A stretch of 63,535 bases of DNA, filler included, from Octopus bimaculoides (GCF_001194135.2; 10 parts of 10 records of this genome joined end to end with filler, not necessarily neighbours in it); one strand, 5' to 3'; positions 11,356 to 25,192 are shown, counted from the first letter of the whole stretch. The notes: generated from the sequence alone by a model not told the origin. Program-made: numbers and translations.

Positions 11356-13469
11356 GGGCAGAAAGAGCGCTAGATGTGTATACGTTTTTGACATGTATTT
11401 GCCGGTGGTTTATGCACGAAATTTGAGTGAATATGTGTTGTAAAAACGACTATTTAACAGAATCGATGCATTGGATTATAAATAAACCTAGCTGCTTTCA
11501 CTTTCCTGATCAGTAATATCTATCAATGGGTGATCAATACCGGTGACAATCCCACTCCACCTCCCTAAAGTGGAAGAAATGAAGATACACCGTTGTGGAG
11601 TCTAAACGGCTTCAACCGGGTGCGAAACTTTGATCGTACACCTTCATTTCATCGGGAACACATCACCTACACTCATTATAGACCTTACATATAGTGTTTG
11701 TGTGAGCATATGTATATGTATGTGCATATCTAACGTATATGAAAGTATGTGTGTTTTAGCGTGTATGAACATGAGTATGTATATGTACGTATGCTTGCGT
11801 ATGTCTTTGTGTATATCTGTGCCTAACATGTTTGTATTTGTGTGCATATGTGAGTATATAAGTGTATTTGTGTGTACGTGCGTGTTTGTGTGAGAGCGTT
11901 TGTATATGTTTTTGCGTGTTTGCTTTAATAGAATATCTTATGACACTTGCATAGAGAACAACTAGAGAGAGAAAGAAATCTTTAAGGGACAAATGCTGAT
12001 ATAAGAATATGGATTCTGTTATCTCTACTTGTCATTTAAAGATAGATAGATATTTTATTTTGGTTTTTGGATTTGATTTGCTTTTGGTTTTTACCTCACT
12101 AACTTGTTCCGTATGCGACCCTGACATAAACCGTATTACACAAAGTGTTTCTAATGTGTAAAATCTGACAATGCATCAACGTGTAGTGACATAAACGCGT
12201 ACTGTCTTTCTTATACATGAACATATTATATTGCCGGTATGTTAAAATGTGTTTCATTTCATAGCTGTAAGGTACTAAATAACATGTCTATAGATTTCAT
12301 AGCTAACTCTGTCTTACGACGGATATAAGCAGTGCGTCCATATATTATGCTCGTGGACAGAAAAAGGGGGAATAGCAGCTTGTACATTTCGATTTTTGTT
12401 GAAACCGTCGTCAGCAACTGTGTACTATCCTTAACTATCCACGAACACGCCGCTTATAAATTCACAAATATTATGTGTTAAGGTAAATTAAATGGAGTAA
12501 TTTGAATATTTAACACTATTCTTGGTAGGAAGATCGAATATTAAATTACTGGTGTGTTAACATTGTTTCGTTTCATAATATTGCTACAATGTACTGTGGA
12601 ACTGTCAATAGATTTGACAGCCAACAGTGTGTTACAATAAATGAAAACCATTCATGGGCAAACTGCGGCCCCCGGGACTTTCTGAACGGCACATCTAACG
12701 AAAATTTACCATGATTTTTTTTAGGTGTACGGTCTGTCAGATGATGTAAATATTGCGTCTATAGAATATACGCATGGGCAGAAGAAGCATGCATAGGGTT
12801 ATTGAGAATGCTTCAAGCAAGAATCGAACTGTACATACAGAATTTACCCTCGAACAAAAAGGTAATTTTCCCATATATTTCTGAGGAGACTAACTGCTGT
12901 AAAGAGGGGATGCGGCTTGAATGCGGGTGGTTTGTGGTTGATATGTATGCGAGAGGGAAGGAAGAGATAGAGTGGGCATCTTATCTTAAAATCATATGAA
13001 GATATGTATGTGTATATGTAGTATCGCTTGAAATCTCGGTTATTCTGCAGCTCCAGTTGTTTATATATTACTGACATAATTTTTCTTAGATATCAGCTAG
13101 AAACAATAGCAAGAAAAAATGATGCATTCAATCGTAGGAAGCCTTAATAAACATAGACATAACAGAGATCTTTTCTAAGTCTCTTGCATTTGGTATCGTT
13201 GACCATGGAGGTTTATTGAACAGGAAATTCAAGTGCAATATCTCAGTTGCTTATGAAAAATGACGTGGCGTTTGATTTGGAATGACTATGTAATTGCATT
13301 TGATAGATTGCCAAAGCAGTTGATGAATGGGTGAAATTTTCAGTAGTGGAAAACTACGTCAGAAGTTGAAGTTGCAATTGAATGACTGATTGAACAAGTC
13401 TATGCAGTATAAGATTTGGAAACCGGTAATCTTTTGCTTGATGTTGGGCATCTACGTGTATACTTATTA

Positions 13470-13600
13470 AAAATGCCAAAAGGACAAACAGCTTCATGTG
13501 AAAGAGTCTATTTATTCAGTCAAGCAAAATTCCAGTTTTCATTGAACTTAAATCAAAAGTTTACAAATCTTTTGATGACCTTCATTCCTGTGTTAGGTAT
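13470..13600 (+). mobile_element. Possible hAT transposase C-terminal dimerisation-domain relic
   Basis: LLKMPKGQTASCERVYLFS resembles the hAT dimerisation motif (P.T.ASCER.FS). The match is short. Confidence 0.35.
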
Positions 13601-15240
13601 AAACTGAAGAGAAAGCCCTTATTAAGCGAACACATCTTAGGTAGGCTACATCAAAGCAATATATTCAGTTCTTCAACCACGCAAAGAATGAGTAACTAGG
13701 GGGGTAAACATTTTGTACTATTTGTGATATTGCATTTACTACTAATGGTTCAATTTCAAATATTTAAAGAATTACATTCTAAAATTAGAACACATACGCA
13801 CGTGCATACACATTTAGGATGTTGTTACATACATATATATACACACGCACACTTTTGTAAAATTATACACTCGTACTTACACTAAGTGATTAAGACATTG
13901 AATGTACGAATGTACTATTTTATTAAAGTCGAAAAATACTTCATACACAGACAGTCGTCATAATACAGACTAACTAAAGAAGTTTATAAATAGCGAGTAT
14001 ATATAAGTGTTTATGGATACCAGGTCAACGAATAAGCTTTTAGAACTGATTGGGTTGAGAGACAGAGAGATAATGAATTTTTATCGACAAAACCGTTACA
14101 TCTATCATCGTATATATAGATATGCTTGCGTGAGTGCCTGCACATGCGTGTGCGTGCACGTGCGTATGTTTGGTGTGTATGTTTAGTGGTTGAGATTACA
14201 TGTGTATGTGTGAAATGGCTGTAATATATACTGAAATTGCTTCCAAAATTCCTAAGATACATTGAAAAAACAAATTAGTTTTAAAAAGCACTTCAATATC
14301 CATCACTTCTTATCGCTGAATGAACAAATCAACATGCATTTGAGAATGTAGAAATTTTGCTAATTAGTTGTTGTTCTTGTTTTTGTTTTGCCCAGGTCAA
14401 ATCTCATCGAGCAGACCTATAACCACAATAGTTTCAGTCATGTCAATATCTGCGCTTTGTATATCGCGGATTATATCTCCATAACTATTTATACTTTATT
14501 CAATATCTTTGTCATGGATCCAATCTCTTGTAGTTATCGATATATATATATTGCTTTACGTTCCTCTTCTTTGAAACTCTTCTAATATAGCCATTGATAA
14601 GCAACGGATGGATATACTGAGAATACTGTGTGCTTTAGCTAATCTAACGCATGTTTTTTTTTTTCTAATCTTGCGTATTTGTTTACACACATTGCATATC
14701 TTGAGCAGGGATTTCTTTTACTACTGTCTTACATATAAAACACACATACATACTTACAAGTGAAGACGTACAATACGTCTACACAGATACAGTATGTGTG
14801 TGCATGTATATGTGTGTGCATGTATATGTGTATGTGTACGGTAATTGTGAGCTTGAGCATGTACTTATATAAGGATATTCGTAAGGAATATAAATATAAA
14901 TTCCTGTTTGATTACTTCGTGCCGTGTTTTCTCTGGAAAGGATAACGCCAAAACTATTTGACAGTAAGGCAAAATATGTATTCATGTATGGAACTAATTA
15001 GTTCACGTGTTGTATGATGTTTTCTTGTATACTTTCTGTAAAGTCTGTTATTAGGTAACAAATCCTGCCTTAGATTTTTCTCCGGCGAAAAGAAGCAGTT
15101 GTGTCAAATCTAAAATCTAAGCTGCACAAGAATTTTGGACTTGGTTGGCAGAGACTATTTTACTTGTAGAAGTTGCAGCCATTGCTAATCTTTAGCTGAC
15201 AGCTGTGAAATCATATGCATACATACGTACATACATACAT

Positions 15241-15634
15241 TGTTGTTGTTGTTGTTGGCACTCCGTCGCTTACGACGTTGAGGGTTCCAGTTGATCCGAT
15301 CAACTGAACAGCCTGCTCGTGAAATTAACGTGCAAGTGGCTGAGCACTCCACAGACACGTGTACCCTTAACGTAGTTCTCGGGGATGTTCAGCGTGACAC
15401 AGTGTGACAAAGCTGACCCTTTGAATTACAGGTACAACAGAAACAGGAAGTAAGAGTGAGAGAAAGTTGTGATGGAAGAGTACAGCAGGGTTCGCCACCA
15501 TCCTCTGCTGGAGCCTCATGAAGTTTTAGGTGTTTTTGCTCAATAAACACTCACAACGCCCGATCTGGGAATCGAAACCGCGATCCTATGACCGCGTGTC
15601 CGCTGCCCTAACCACTGAGCCATTGCGCCTTCAC
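15241..15634 (-). mobile_element. Long (about 390 bp) tRNA-derived SINE with (CAA)n tail
   Basis: Minus-strand head with A-box TGGCTCAGTGG and B-box GGTTTCGATTCC. It sits in a (CATA)n array. Its 3' about 190 bp are shared with 42524-42840. Confidence 0.8.
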
Positions 15635-15710
15635 TCATACATACATACATACATACATACATACAACAAATGATTACATGCTAGCATCTTCAACTGCTAG
15701 AAATATCCAT

Positions 15711-17061
15711 GTAACTCATATCTTTTTTGTAGACAACCTCAAGATTTATGATAAAATTGTTAACAATGGCAGACAACAACTGGAATGAATAACATTTTCA
15801 ACTGATATAAGTATGGAATTTGGTCAAGAGGAATGTTCATATTTGGTTATAGAACGAGGAAAGTCAGTCCCCAAACCCAAAACCTGTGCATCAACGGTCT
15901 CTCTATCTCCCCCATTCCACACAAAGAATGTTAGAAGTACCTAGGCATAGAATGTATCATAGGCATAAAATGTATCATATGAAGGCACTGTGAATGAAGA
16001 TCGAGAGACCCGAGACTATTACACCAGACTTAGGAAAATATGGCAATCGGAACTCTCCTCTTACAAAACAATATTCCACAATGCATTTGAAGTACCAGTG
16101 TTGATCCCAATATTTGAGATACTTGATTGGTCTGTAGAGGAAATCAACTCCATAGATATTAAAATCCGCAAAATCCTGATACTCTCGATAAATACACTAA
16201 AATACAAGAACAAAATGTATAAAATTAGCGATAGGAAAACTTCAACGTATCCGAAATCCTCTGAATTCTTACCCAAAAGTGACTATAGAATAGTCACTGA
16301 TTGCCCACTTTATATATATATATATATATATNNNNNNNNNNNNNNNNNNNNNNNNNNNNNNNNNNNNNNNNNNNNNNNNNNNNNNNNNNNNNNNNNNNNN
16401 NNNNNNNNNNNNNNNNNNNNNNNNNNNNNNNNNNNNNNNNNNNNNNNNNNNNNNNNNNNNNNNNNNNNNNNNNNNNNNNNNNNNNNNNNNNNNNNNNNNN
16501 NNNNNNNNNNNNNNNNNNNNNNNNNNNNNNNNNNNNNNNNNNNNNNNNNNNNNNNNNNNNNNNNNNNNNNNNNNNNNNNNNNNNNNNNNNNNNNNNNNNN
16601 NNNNNNNNNNNNNNNNNNNNNNNNNNNNNNNNNNNNNNNNNNNNNNNNNNNNNNNNNNNNNNNNNNNNNNNNNNNNNNNNNNNNNNNNNNNNNNNNNNNN
16701 NNNNNNNNNNNNNNNNNNNNNNNNNNNNNNNNNNNNNNNNNNNNNNNNNNNNNNNNNNNNNNNNNNNNNNNNNNNNNNNNNNNNNNNNNNNNNNNNNNNN
16801 NNNNNNNNNNNNNNNNNNNNNNNNNNNNNNNNNNNNNNNNNNNNNNNNNNNNNNNNNNNNNNNNNNNNNNNNNNNNNNNNNNNNNNNNNNNNNNNNNNNN
16901 NNNNNNNNNNNNNNNNNNNNNNNNNNNNNNNNNNNNNNNNNNNNNNNNNNNNNNNNNNNNNNNNNNNNNNNNNNNNNNNNNNNNNNNNNNNNNNNNNNNN
17001 NNNNNNNNNNNNNNNNNNNNNNNNNNNNNNNNNNNNNNNNNNNNNNNNNNNNNNNNNNNNN

Positions 17062-17099
<38 letters not shown>

Positions 17100-17460
17100 T
17101 ACATACCTGAAACGAGAGAACGAAGCGTTAATTATATCCGCTCAAGAACAAGCTACCTTAACGAATCTGATAAAAGCAAAGGTCGACTAAATTCAAGCAG
17201 ACAGCAAATGTAGAATCTGCAGAGGAGACGAAAGTATACATCGCTTGAGCGAATGTAGTAAGCTAGGACTAAAGGGAATGAGTACAGACATGTCTGTGTA
17301 GGTAAAGGCATGCATTGAGATGTTAGCCACGTTTGTGACTTCGAAATAACAGGATAGTGGTATGAGCACAAAGAAAAAGACAGAAAAAAGATCTTATGGG
17401 ATTTTTCCATAAAAACTGGCCATATTAGTGGAGCAAAAAGACCGGATGTGATTAGAGGGG
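15711..17460 (+). mobile_element. R4/Dong-like non-LTR retrotransposon remnant (RT, CCHC, start of restriction-like endonuclease), split by (TA)n and an N gap
   Basis: VTHIFFVDNLKIY (degenerate YxDD), FSTDISMEFGQEECSYLVIERGK, YLGI, YYTRLRKIWQSEL..DWSVEEINSIDIKIRKIL. After the gap: IISAQEQA..IQADSKCRICR and KILWDFSIKT..KRPD. The two halves may belong to two copies. Confidence 0.75.
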
Positions 17461-18459
17461 ACATTTTTTTTTAATGCGCAAGAATATAGACTAGCAATTT
17501 ATTTTATGCACCCGAGATGAAAGCAAAGTTGACTTCTCTGGGATTTGAACTTACAACAAATGCTGCGAAGCGTTTTATCCGTCTCTTTACCGCCTCTCCT
17601 TATAGTCTGTCCTAATAATAAATAATAGTGCAAGTCTAACATTAGAGGCAATGAACCGTTTAAGTAAATAAATATCTTTATTCAACAGAGATAGAAGAAT
17701 AACGGCTCCCACAGAAAGGAAAGAATGGATGTTGAGAAGAGAGTAAAAAATTACTGGCGGAGAAGAGTGAACGAATATACGAATTCAGCAGTTGACAGGG
17801 GTCTGCATCAGTGAGTGAACGAGAACAATAGAAAGGACTGGACAGGAATTTCATAGAAAGTAAGTGGTTTCCGAGGGGGGGTTGGTACAGCAAAAGTTTT
17901 TAAAATAGAAAAATAGAGACAAAAAGATTGAAAATAATCTATAATCAGCGAGCAACGCTCAATAATATAGTTAAGAATTTAAATTATAAATTTAAAGGTG
18001 GTAGAAGTTGTATAAAATTGATTTTATTTATTGTACAAGCTAAAGCTATGGTTGAACTTTGGTGAAAGTTCCAAAGGCCAACGGGTGGTGACGTTCAAAT
18101 TTAGCAGACGGTGCAATGTAGGTCAGAAAAACACTGGAAGAGCAGATGCTTCTTACTTTTAGAAAAAAAAGAAGATTACAGGAAATATAAAGAATTCATA
18201 ATTTAGTGAATGTAATTTGATAAAATAAATTGTTGAAACTGCTGAATAAATAAAACGATGAAATAATAGAAAAATCAATAGTAGCTACGGGTTCGAAATT
18301 TGTTAACTTAAGGTAAGTGGAGTGAATACAGGAATTATAAAAATAAATATGACGGAAAGTGGATAATGATGATTCTCATAATAAATTTAAGTGTTAGTAA
18401 TACAGAGCTACGATAAAAATACCGCAACAAGAAGTAAATCAAGGATAGAAGGTGTGACT

Positions 18460-18500
<41 letters not shown>

Positions 18501-18517
18501 AATAATAATAATAATAA

Positions 18518-18740
18518 TGGTTTCAAATACTGGCACAAGGACGGCAATTTTAGGGAGAGAGGTTGGTCGGTTACATCGACTTCAATACGTGTTTGGTACT
18601 TTATTTTGTTGACACTGAAAAAACGAAATACAAAGTTAACCTCGGCTGAATATGAACTTGAAATATAAAGTGTAGGACCAAGTACTGCAAGGCTGTTTTT
18701 TTCCGGGGCACTGTAACGATTATGCCAGTTCGCCACTTAA
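18518..18740 (-). mobile_element. Degenerate tRNA-derived SINE (family of 22288-22455)
   Basis: Reverse complement aligns loosely to head GTGGCGAACTGGCA..CGTTA, the central domain and the tail. A trinucleotide tail lies at 18459-18517. Confidence 0.6.
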
Positions 18741-19149
18741 GTAATAATGATTTCGAATTTTGGCAATTTTCCTATGTTTTCTTAAACATTCTCTAGAATA
18801 ATACTATGTGCAAAACCAAATATATGATGCCCTAGGCATAACGCCAACGTGAACTTCTAACTTGTTGTCTCTTGAGGTCTCTGGGTGAGACTACAGTTTT
18901 CTCTGGACGGACATACAAACGATCGTCTTTAGAAAATTTAAAACTTTAATATCTACAATTTTCAGTGAAGATTTTTACCCTTCTTTTCTCCCTCGAATAT
19001 GTAAACACTATTTATTGCGACAAATGAAACGCACGATAAAAGGAGATAAGCACCTGCCAATATATACAAACTGCACAATTACGAAAACTGTAAACCACAG
19101 CAAAGAAAAGGAAAATTTAAAAGAAATTTAATCCCAAAATCAAAAAGCT

Positions 19150-19425
19150 CGCACTTTAGTGCTAGTTGGGGACTGGAACGCTGTCCTAGACGAACGTATC
19201 GATAGGGTGGGTGCGGGAGCATCTAATAGGAAAGGGGGATGCAAGAGCCTCGCCAACCTGCTCAAACGCTTTCAGCTGTCCGACAGGTATCGACTAGACA
19301 ACCCGAATGTGCCAATGTGGACTTGGACTAATCGCATCGGGTCGTCTAGATCGTACTTAGATAGAATTTTCTGTAGGCCAGCGGATAAAGATAGCATAGG
19401 GTGTCCACAATTCAACATAGTCGGC
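19150..19425 (+). mobile_element. L1/Tx1-like ORF2 apurinic-endonuclease domain fragment
   Basis: LVGDWNAVLDERIDR..PMWTWTNRIGSSRSYLDRIF carries the APE motifs GDxN, TW and SxLDxIF. It is truncated by an assembly join. Confidence 0.85.
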
Positions 19426-19469
19426 NNNNNNNNNNNNNNNNNNNNNNNNNNNNNNNNNNNNNNNNNNNN

Positions 19470-19481
19470 TTAATTAATTAA
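19470..19481. other. Artificial scaffolding linker TTAATTAATTAA (first of nine)
   Basis: The identical 12-mer is flanked by N runs (44 + 44 where counted, 100 bp total). Starts: 19470, 21703, 30831, 33462, 37531, 54790, 57555, 59554, 61910. Confidence 0.9.
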
Positions 19482-19555
19482 NNNNNNNNNNNNNNNNNNN
19501 NNNNNNNNNNNNNNNNNNNNNNNNNCTCTCACTCGCAGGGAAGACGATTTACTCC

Positions 19556-21658
19556 TCTCACTCGTTCGATCGTTCGTTCGTTGGGACGAAGTTACGTACG
19601 TACGTACGTTCGTTTCTTCGATCGTTCGTTCATTCGTTCTTTCATTCGTACCTACGTACGCACTTACGTTCGTTCGTTCCTTCATTCGTTCTGTCTTTTG
19701 TTTGTTCGATCGTTAGTTCGTTCGTACTTACGTACGAACGTACGTTCGTTCGTTCGTCGTTCATTCTTACGTACGTTCGTTCGTTCGTTCGTTCGTACGT
19801 AGGTAATTGCGAACGTAAATCCGTACGTACGTTCGTTCTCTCGTTCTTTCGTACTTACCAACGTAGTTCTTTCGTTATTTCGTATGTTCGTTCGTTCGTT
19901 TGTTCGTTCGTTCGTTTGTTCGATCGTTCGTACGTATTTACGTAAGTTCGTTCGTTGTTCGTTCGTTCAATTGCTCGGTCGTTCGTTCGTACGTACGTTC
20001 GTTCTTTCTTTCGTTCATACATTCGTAGGTAAGTACGTACGTTCGTTCGGCCATTCGTACGTACGTACGTACAATCGTTTCTTGGTTCGTTCGGTCGTTC
20101 GTACGTACGTTCGTTCGTTCGTTAGTTCTTTCGTTGGTTCATTCTTTCGTTAGTTCGTTCGTTAATTCGTTTGTTCGTTAATTCGTTTGTTCGATCGTTC
20201 GTTCCTTCTTTCGTTCATTCGTTCGCTCGTTAATTCTTTCGTTCGTTCGTACGTACGTGCGTACGTTCTTTCAGTCGTTCGTTCGTCGTTTCGTTCGTAC
20301 GTACATACGTGCAAACTTTCGTTCGTTCCTACGTGCGTACGTTCTTTCGTTAGTTCGTTCGTTCATTAGTTCGTTCGCTCCATCGTTCGCACGTACGTAT
20401 GTACGTTCGTTCGATCGTTCGTTCGTTCGTTCGTTCATTCGTTCGTTCATACGTACGTATGTAATTACGTTCGTTCGTACTTATGTATGTACGTACGTTC
20501 TTTCTTTCGTACGTACGTTAGTTCGTTCGTTCATTCACTCGTTCGATCGTTCCTACGTACGGATGTGTGTACGTACGTTCGTTCGTTCGTTCGTACGTAC
20601 GTTCGTTTGTTTGTTCGTTCGATCTTTCTTTCGTTCGTACGTGCTTACGTTCGTTCGTTTTTTCGTTCTTATGTACGTACGTTAGTTCTTTCATTCGATC
20701 GTACGTACCTACGTTCGGACGAACGTACGTTCGTTCGTTCATACGTACGTTTATATGTACATACGATCGTCCTTTTCTTTGTTCGTTCGTTCGTTTGTTC
20801 GATCGTTCGTTCGTTCGTTCGTTCGTTCGTTCGTACTTACGGACGTTCGTTCGACGTTCGTTATATATCTGCTTCGTACGTACGTACATACGTACTTCCG
20901 TTCGTTCTTTCTTTTGTTCCTTTGTTCGTTCCTTCTTTCGTTTGTTCGTTCGTTCGTTCGTTCGTTCAATCGTTCGTTCGTTCGTTCGTTCGTTCCCTCG
21001 TACGTACGCTTGTTCGTTCGTTCGTACGTATGTACCTATGTTTGTTAGCTAATTCGTTTGTTCGATCGTTCGTCCTTCTTTTGTTCATTCGTTCGTTCGT
21101 TAATTCTTTCGTTCTTTCGTTCTTACGTACGTACTTACATTCTTTCATTCGTTTCTTTCATGTTTCGTTCGTACATACTTACGTACCTACATACGTGCGT
21201 ACGTTCTTTCCATCGTTCGTTCCTTCGATCGTTTGTACGTACGTACGTTCATTCATTCGTACGTACGAATGCTCGTTCGTACGTTCATTCTTACGTATGT
21301 ACGTACGTACGTTCATTCGTTCTTTCGTTCGTTCGTTCGTTCGTTCGTTCGTTCGTTCCTTAATTTCGTTCGTTCCTTAATTTCGTTCGTTCCTTAATTT
21401 CGTTCGTTCGTACGTACGTACGTTCGTTCTCTCGTTCGATCGTTCCTATGTACGGATGTATGTACGTACGTTCGTTCGTTCGTACGTACGTTCGTTTGTT
21501 TTTTCGTTCGATCTTTCTTTCGTTCGCACATATGTACGTTCGTTCGTTCGTTCGTTCGTACGTAGGTACTTATATACGTACGTACGTACCTTCGTTCGTT
21601 CGCTCGTACGTACTTAATTACGTTCGTTCGTTCGTACTTACGTGCGTACGTACGTACA
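19556..21658. repeat. Degenerate (TTCG)n/(TACG)n CpG-rich tetranucleotide satellite
   Basis: About 2.1 kb composed almost entirely of TTCG, TACG, TTCA, TTTG and TTCT units. It fills a whole block between two artificial joins. Confidence 0.95.
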
Positions 21659-21771
21659 NNNNNNNNNNNNNNNNNNNNNNNNNNNNNNNNNNNNNNNNNN
21701 NNTTAATTAATTAANNNNNNNNNNNNNNNNNNNNNNNNNNNNNNNNNNNNNNNNNNNNTATATATATATAT

Positions 21772-21823
<52 letters not shown>

Positions 21824-22287
21824 ACAGATACAGATAGACAGACAGATAGATAGATAGATAAACAGATAGATTGTGAGAGTGAGTGATAGATGGAGGAAAG
21901 AACCTATCGGGTATGTGTTATTTTGAAACCTGAAGCCCGGCTCGAATCCTTGCAACACATCTGAAGTTACTTCTGTAGCATATGATTATGTTAATCAACA
22001 TTATGTTCGAAGATGAACCAATGGATTGCAGAAACTATAAATTTGACAATCGGATCGGACAAAATGCCTTTTATTTATTTAGTGCGAGGTATAATACGTC
22101 ACCTCGTTAGACATCAACGTCTGATACATACTCTAAATATAGCTAGCAGATTTTGGTCAGTATTGCTTGCACTCCAACTAAACTTCAGGTCTCATGATAA
22201 CCTGAGAGTTGTAGGGGACTGGTCCTCCATTTTCTCTCACCGTTTACGAAGGTCCTGAGCATAAAGATTTTAATATTCACGTACATT

Positions 22288-22455
22288 AAGGCGGCGAGCT
22301 GGCAGAAACTTTAGCACGCCGGACAAAATGCTTCGCGGTATTTCGTCTGTCTTTACGTTCTGAGTTCAACTTTGCCTTTCATCCTTTCGGGGTCGATAAA
22401 TTAAGGACCAGTTGGCCTCCTCCCCGCCAAAAATTTCGTGCCTAGAGTAGAAAAG
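22288..22455 (+). mobile_element. tRNA-derived SINE with 16-bp target-site duplication
   Basis: Head GGCGGCGAGCTGGCAGAA, central CCTTTCATCCTTTCGGGGTCGATAAATTAAGGACCAG. Flanked by AATATTCACGTACATT (22272-22287) and AATATTCACATACATT (22456-22471). Confidence 0.85.
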
Positions 22456-23381
22456 AATATTCACATACATTCAGATTCCTCTACACGGCTCTTATCTTTG
22501 AGGATATAGATCCCTTGTATGTTATCAAAGCTGCGAAAGATATGGCGCTGGGTGCAGCTGATCACTCGTCCTAAGTACTTGAACACAAATTAGTCCAGGT
22601 AGAAGCTTTCATATCAGTTAGTGGGAATAATAGTGCGGGGTGGGGGAATAGAATCTCAAGACAGATGATACCGTCTAACGTGTTGGATTCATTAAACTTA
22701 TTGCACGTATTACAGGCTTTTGCTATTAAAGAGGAGGTTTAAAATAAAGTTATAACATCTTAGTAAAACATCAGCTCAACGATACTTTTGAGAATTGACT
22801 CGTGATGATTATGTCGAGTACATGTAACATGAGAGAGCAATGTGCATCAAGATACTCCCATCACAGAGAACGCTGCTGGAACAAAACACAGCACTTGAAG
22901 ACTATATCTGCATATGGACATATATTTACACACACACATATATATATGTGTGTGTTTGTGTGTCTATATTTATTATACATGTAAGCATGTATGCATGTAC
23001 ATATGTGTAAATATACACACACACATATATATACATACATAACATACGCACATATATATGTGAGCATGTGTGTGTGTGTATGGTTAACATTGAATCCCTT
23101 ATCGAAGTCCTCCTCTGCACATCATTTGCTCAATTTACGTCTACCGTCCTCTTGATGTTATGAACAAACTAATAACATACATATTAATTACAATTTCTTA
23201 TTAAGTCTTCATGTAATCTAATTAAACTCTTCAACTCGGCATGTCTTTCCTTTCTTTCTTTCTTTCGTTCTTTCTGCATTTTTCTTTCTGCAATTTTCAT
23301 TAATGTGTTTTCAATCTGTTTCGTATATTAATTTAATATATATTATATCACCGATGAACATGCATGCAAAGAAGATGACTG

Positions 23382-23419
<38 letters not shown>

Positions 23420-23567
23420 TTGATGATGATGATGATGATGTTGTTGGTAATGAAGGGGATGAAGATGATTTCTGATTAGGCACAACGCCTGCAATTTGGT
23501 GGGAGGGATTTCGTCGATTACATCCACTTAAGCAGTTGCTTACATTAGCAAAATAATCACGATGAAA

Positions 23568-23614
<47 letters not shown>

Positions 23615-25150
23615 ATAATAATAATAATAATAATAACAACAACAACAACAATAAATACCCTCATGCAGCACCAGGCACTTATTGTCATGACTTTTGATCT
23701 TGACAGATTGGAATTATCATGTATATGTTTTGTCTTGGTATAAAAGATGGGCTACAGCAAATCTTTTTCTCAATCCCACAGATTTGCATGTCAGTTATTT
23801 GACCGTAACCAACTGAGCATGACCCTTGGTAGCTGACGATATGTGCATCTTTGATCACGAACAGAAGTAGAGCATCATAGCCATGTGTTGAGAGAAAATC
23901 TTTGAGGGTTTGAATAATACAGGTTGCTGTCCGCTTTCACAGAATCTACCTGAACACACAAGACCGAACGTTCTGAGAAGTAAAACAACAACAGCAATAA
24001 TAATGGTCTATTCTTCTATAGTTTCAAGGCCTTAACCTTATGAACCGATTTGATCTCTGTATATAGAGACTTAGAAAAATACCGTATGTGATTTTCTCAT
24101 TCACATTGCTTTTATTGTTAGGATTTCGTTCTGAGATATTAGACTAATGAAGAGAGANNNNNNNNNNNNNNNNNNNNNNNNNNNNNNNNNNNNNNNNNNN
24201 NNNNNNNNNNNNNNNNNNNNNNNNNNNNNNNNNNNNNNNNNNNNNNNNNNNNNNNNNNNNNNNNNNNNNNNNNNNNNNNNNNNNNNNNNNNNNNNNNNNN
24301 NNNNNNNNNNNNNNNNNNNNNNNNNNNNNNNNNNNNNNNNNNNNNNNNNNNNNNNNNNNNNNNNNNNNNNNNNNNNNNNNNNNNNNNNNNNNNNNNNNNN
24401 NNNNNNNNNNNNNNNNNNNNNNNNNNNNNNNNNNNNNNNNNNNNNNNNNNNNNNNNNNNNNNNNNNNNNNNNNNNNNNNNNNNNNNNNNNNNNNNNNNNN
24501 NNNNNNNNNNNNNNNNNNNNNNNNNNNNNNNNNNNNNNNNNNNNNNNNNNNNNNNNNNNNNNNNNNNNNNNNNNNNNNNNNNNNNNNNNNNNNNNNNNNN
24601 NNNNNNNNNNNNNNNNNNNNNNNNNNNNNNNNNNNNNNNNNNNNNNNNNNNNNNNNNNNNNNNNNNNNNNNNNNNNNNNNNNNNNNNNNNNNNNNNNNNN
24701 NNNNNNNNNNNNNNNNNNNNNNNNNNNNNNNNNNNNNNNNNNNNNNNNNNNNNNNNNNNNNNNNNNNNNNNNNNNNNNNNNNNNNNNNNNNNNNNNNNNN
24801 NNNNNNNNNNNNNNNNNNNNNNNNNNNNNNNNNNNNNNNNNNNNNNNNNNNNNNNNNNNNNNNNNNNNNNNNNNNNNNNNNNNNNNNNNNNNNNNNNNNN
24901 NNNNNNNNNNNNNNNNNNNNNNNNNNNNNNNNNNNNNNNNNNNNNNNNNNNNNNNNNNNNNNNNNNNNNNNNNNNNNNNNNNNNNNNNNNNNNNNNNNNN
25001 NNNNNNNNNNNNNNNNNNNNNNNNNNNNNNNNNNNNNNNNTATATATATATATATGCATATATATATATATATAGATATATATATATGTGTGTATGTATA
25101 TATATATATATATAAAGAGAGAGAGAGAGAGATAGAGATAGAGAGAGAGG

Positions 25151-25192
<42 letters not shown>

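Noticed and set aside
12652-12680. CATGGGCAAACTGCGGCCC hAT-MITE-like terminus
   Set aside because: No matching opposite end or TSD was found; too short to call.
15560-15634. tRNA gene
   Set aside because: It has A and B boxes but continues into a SINE body and lacks a complete cloverleaf. The same applies to the other SINE heads.
19150-21658. Tx1 element targeting the TTCG satellite
   Set aside because: An artificial join separates them, so adjacency is not evidence.
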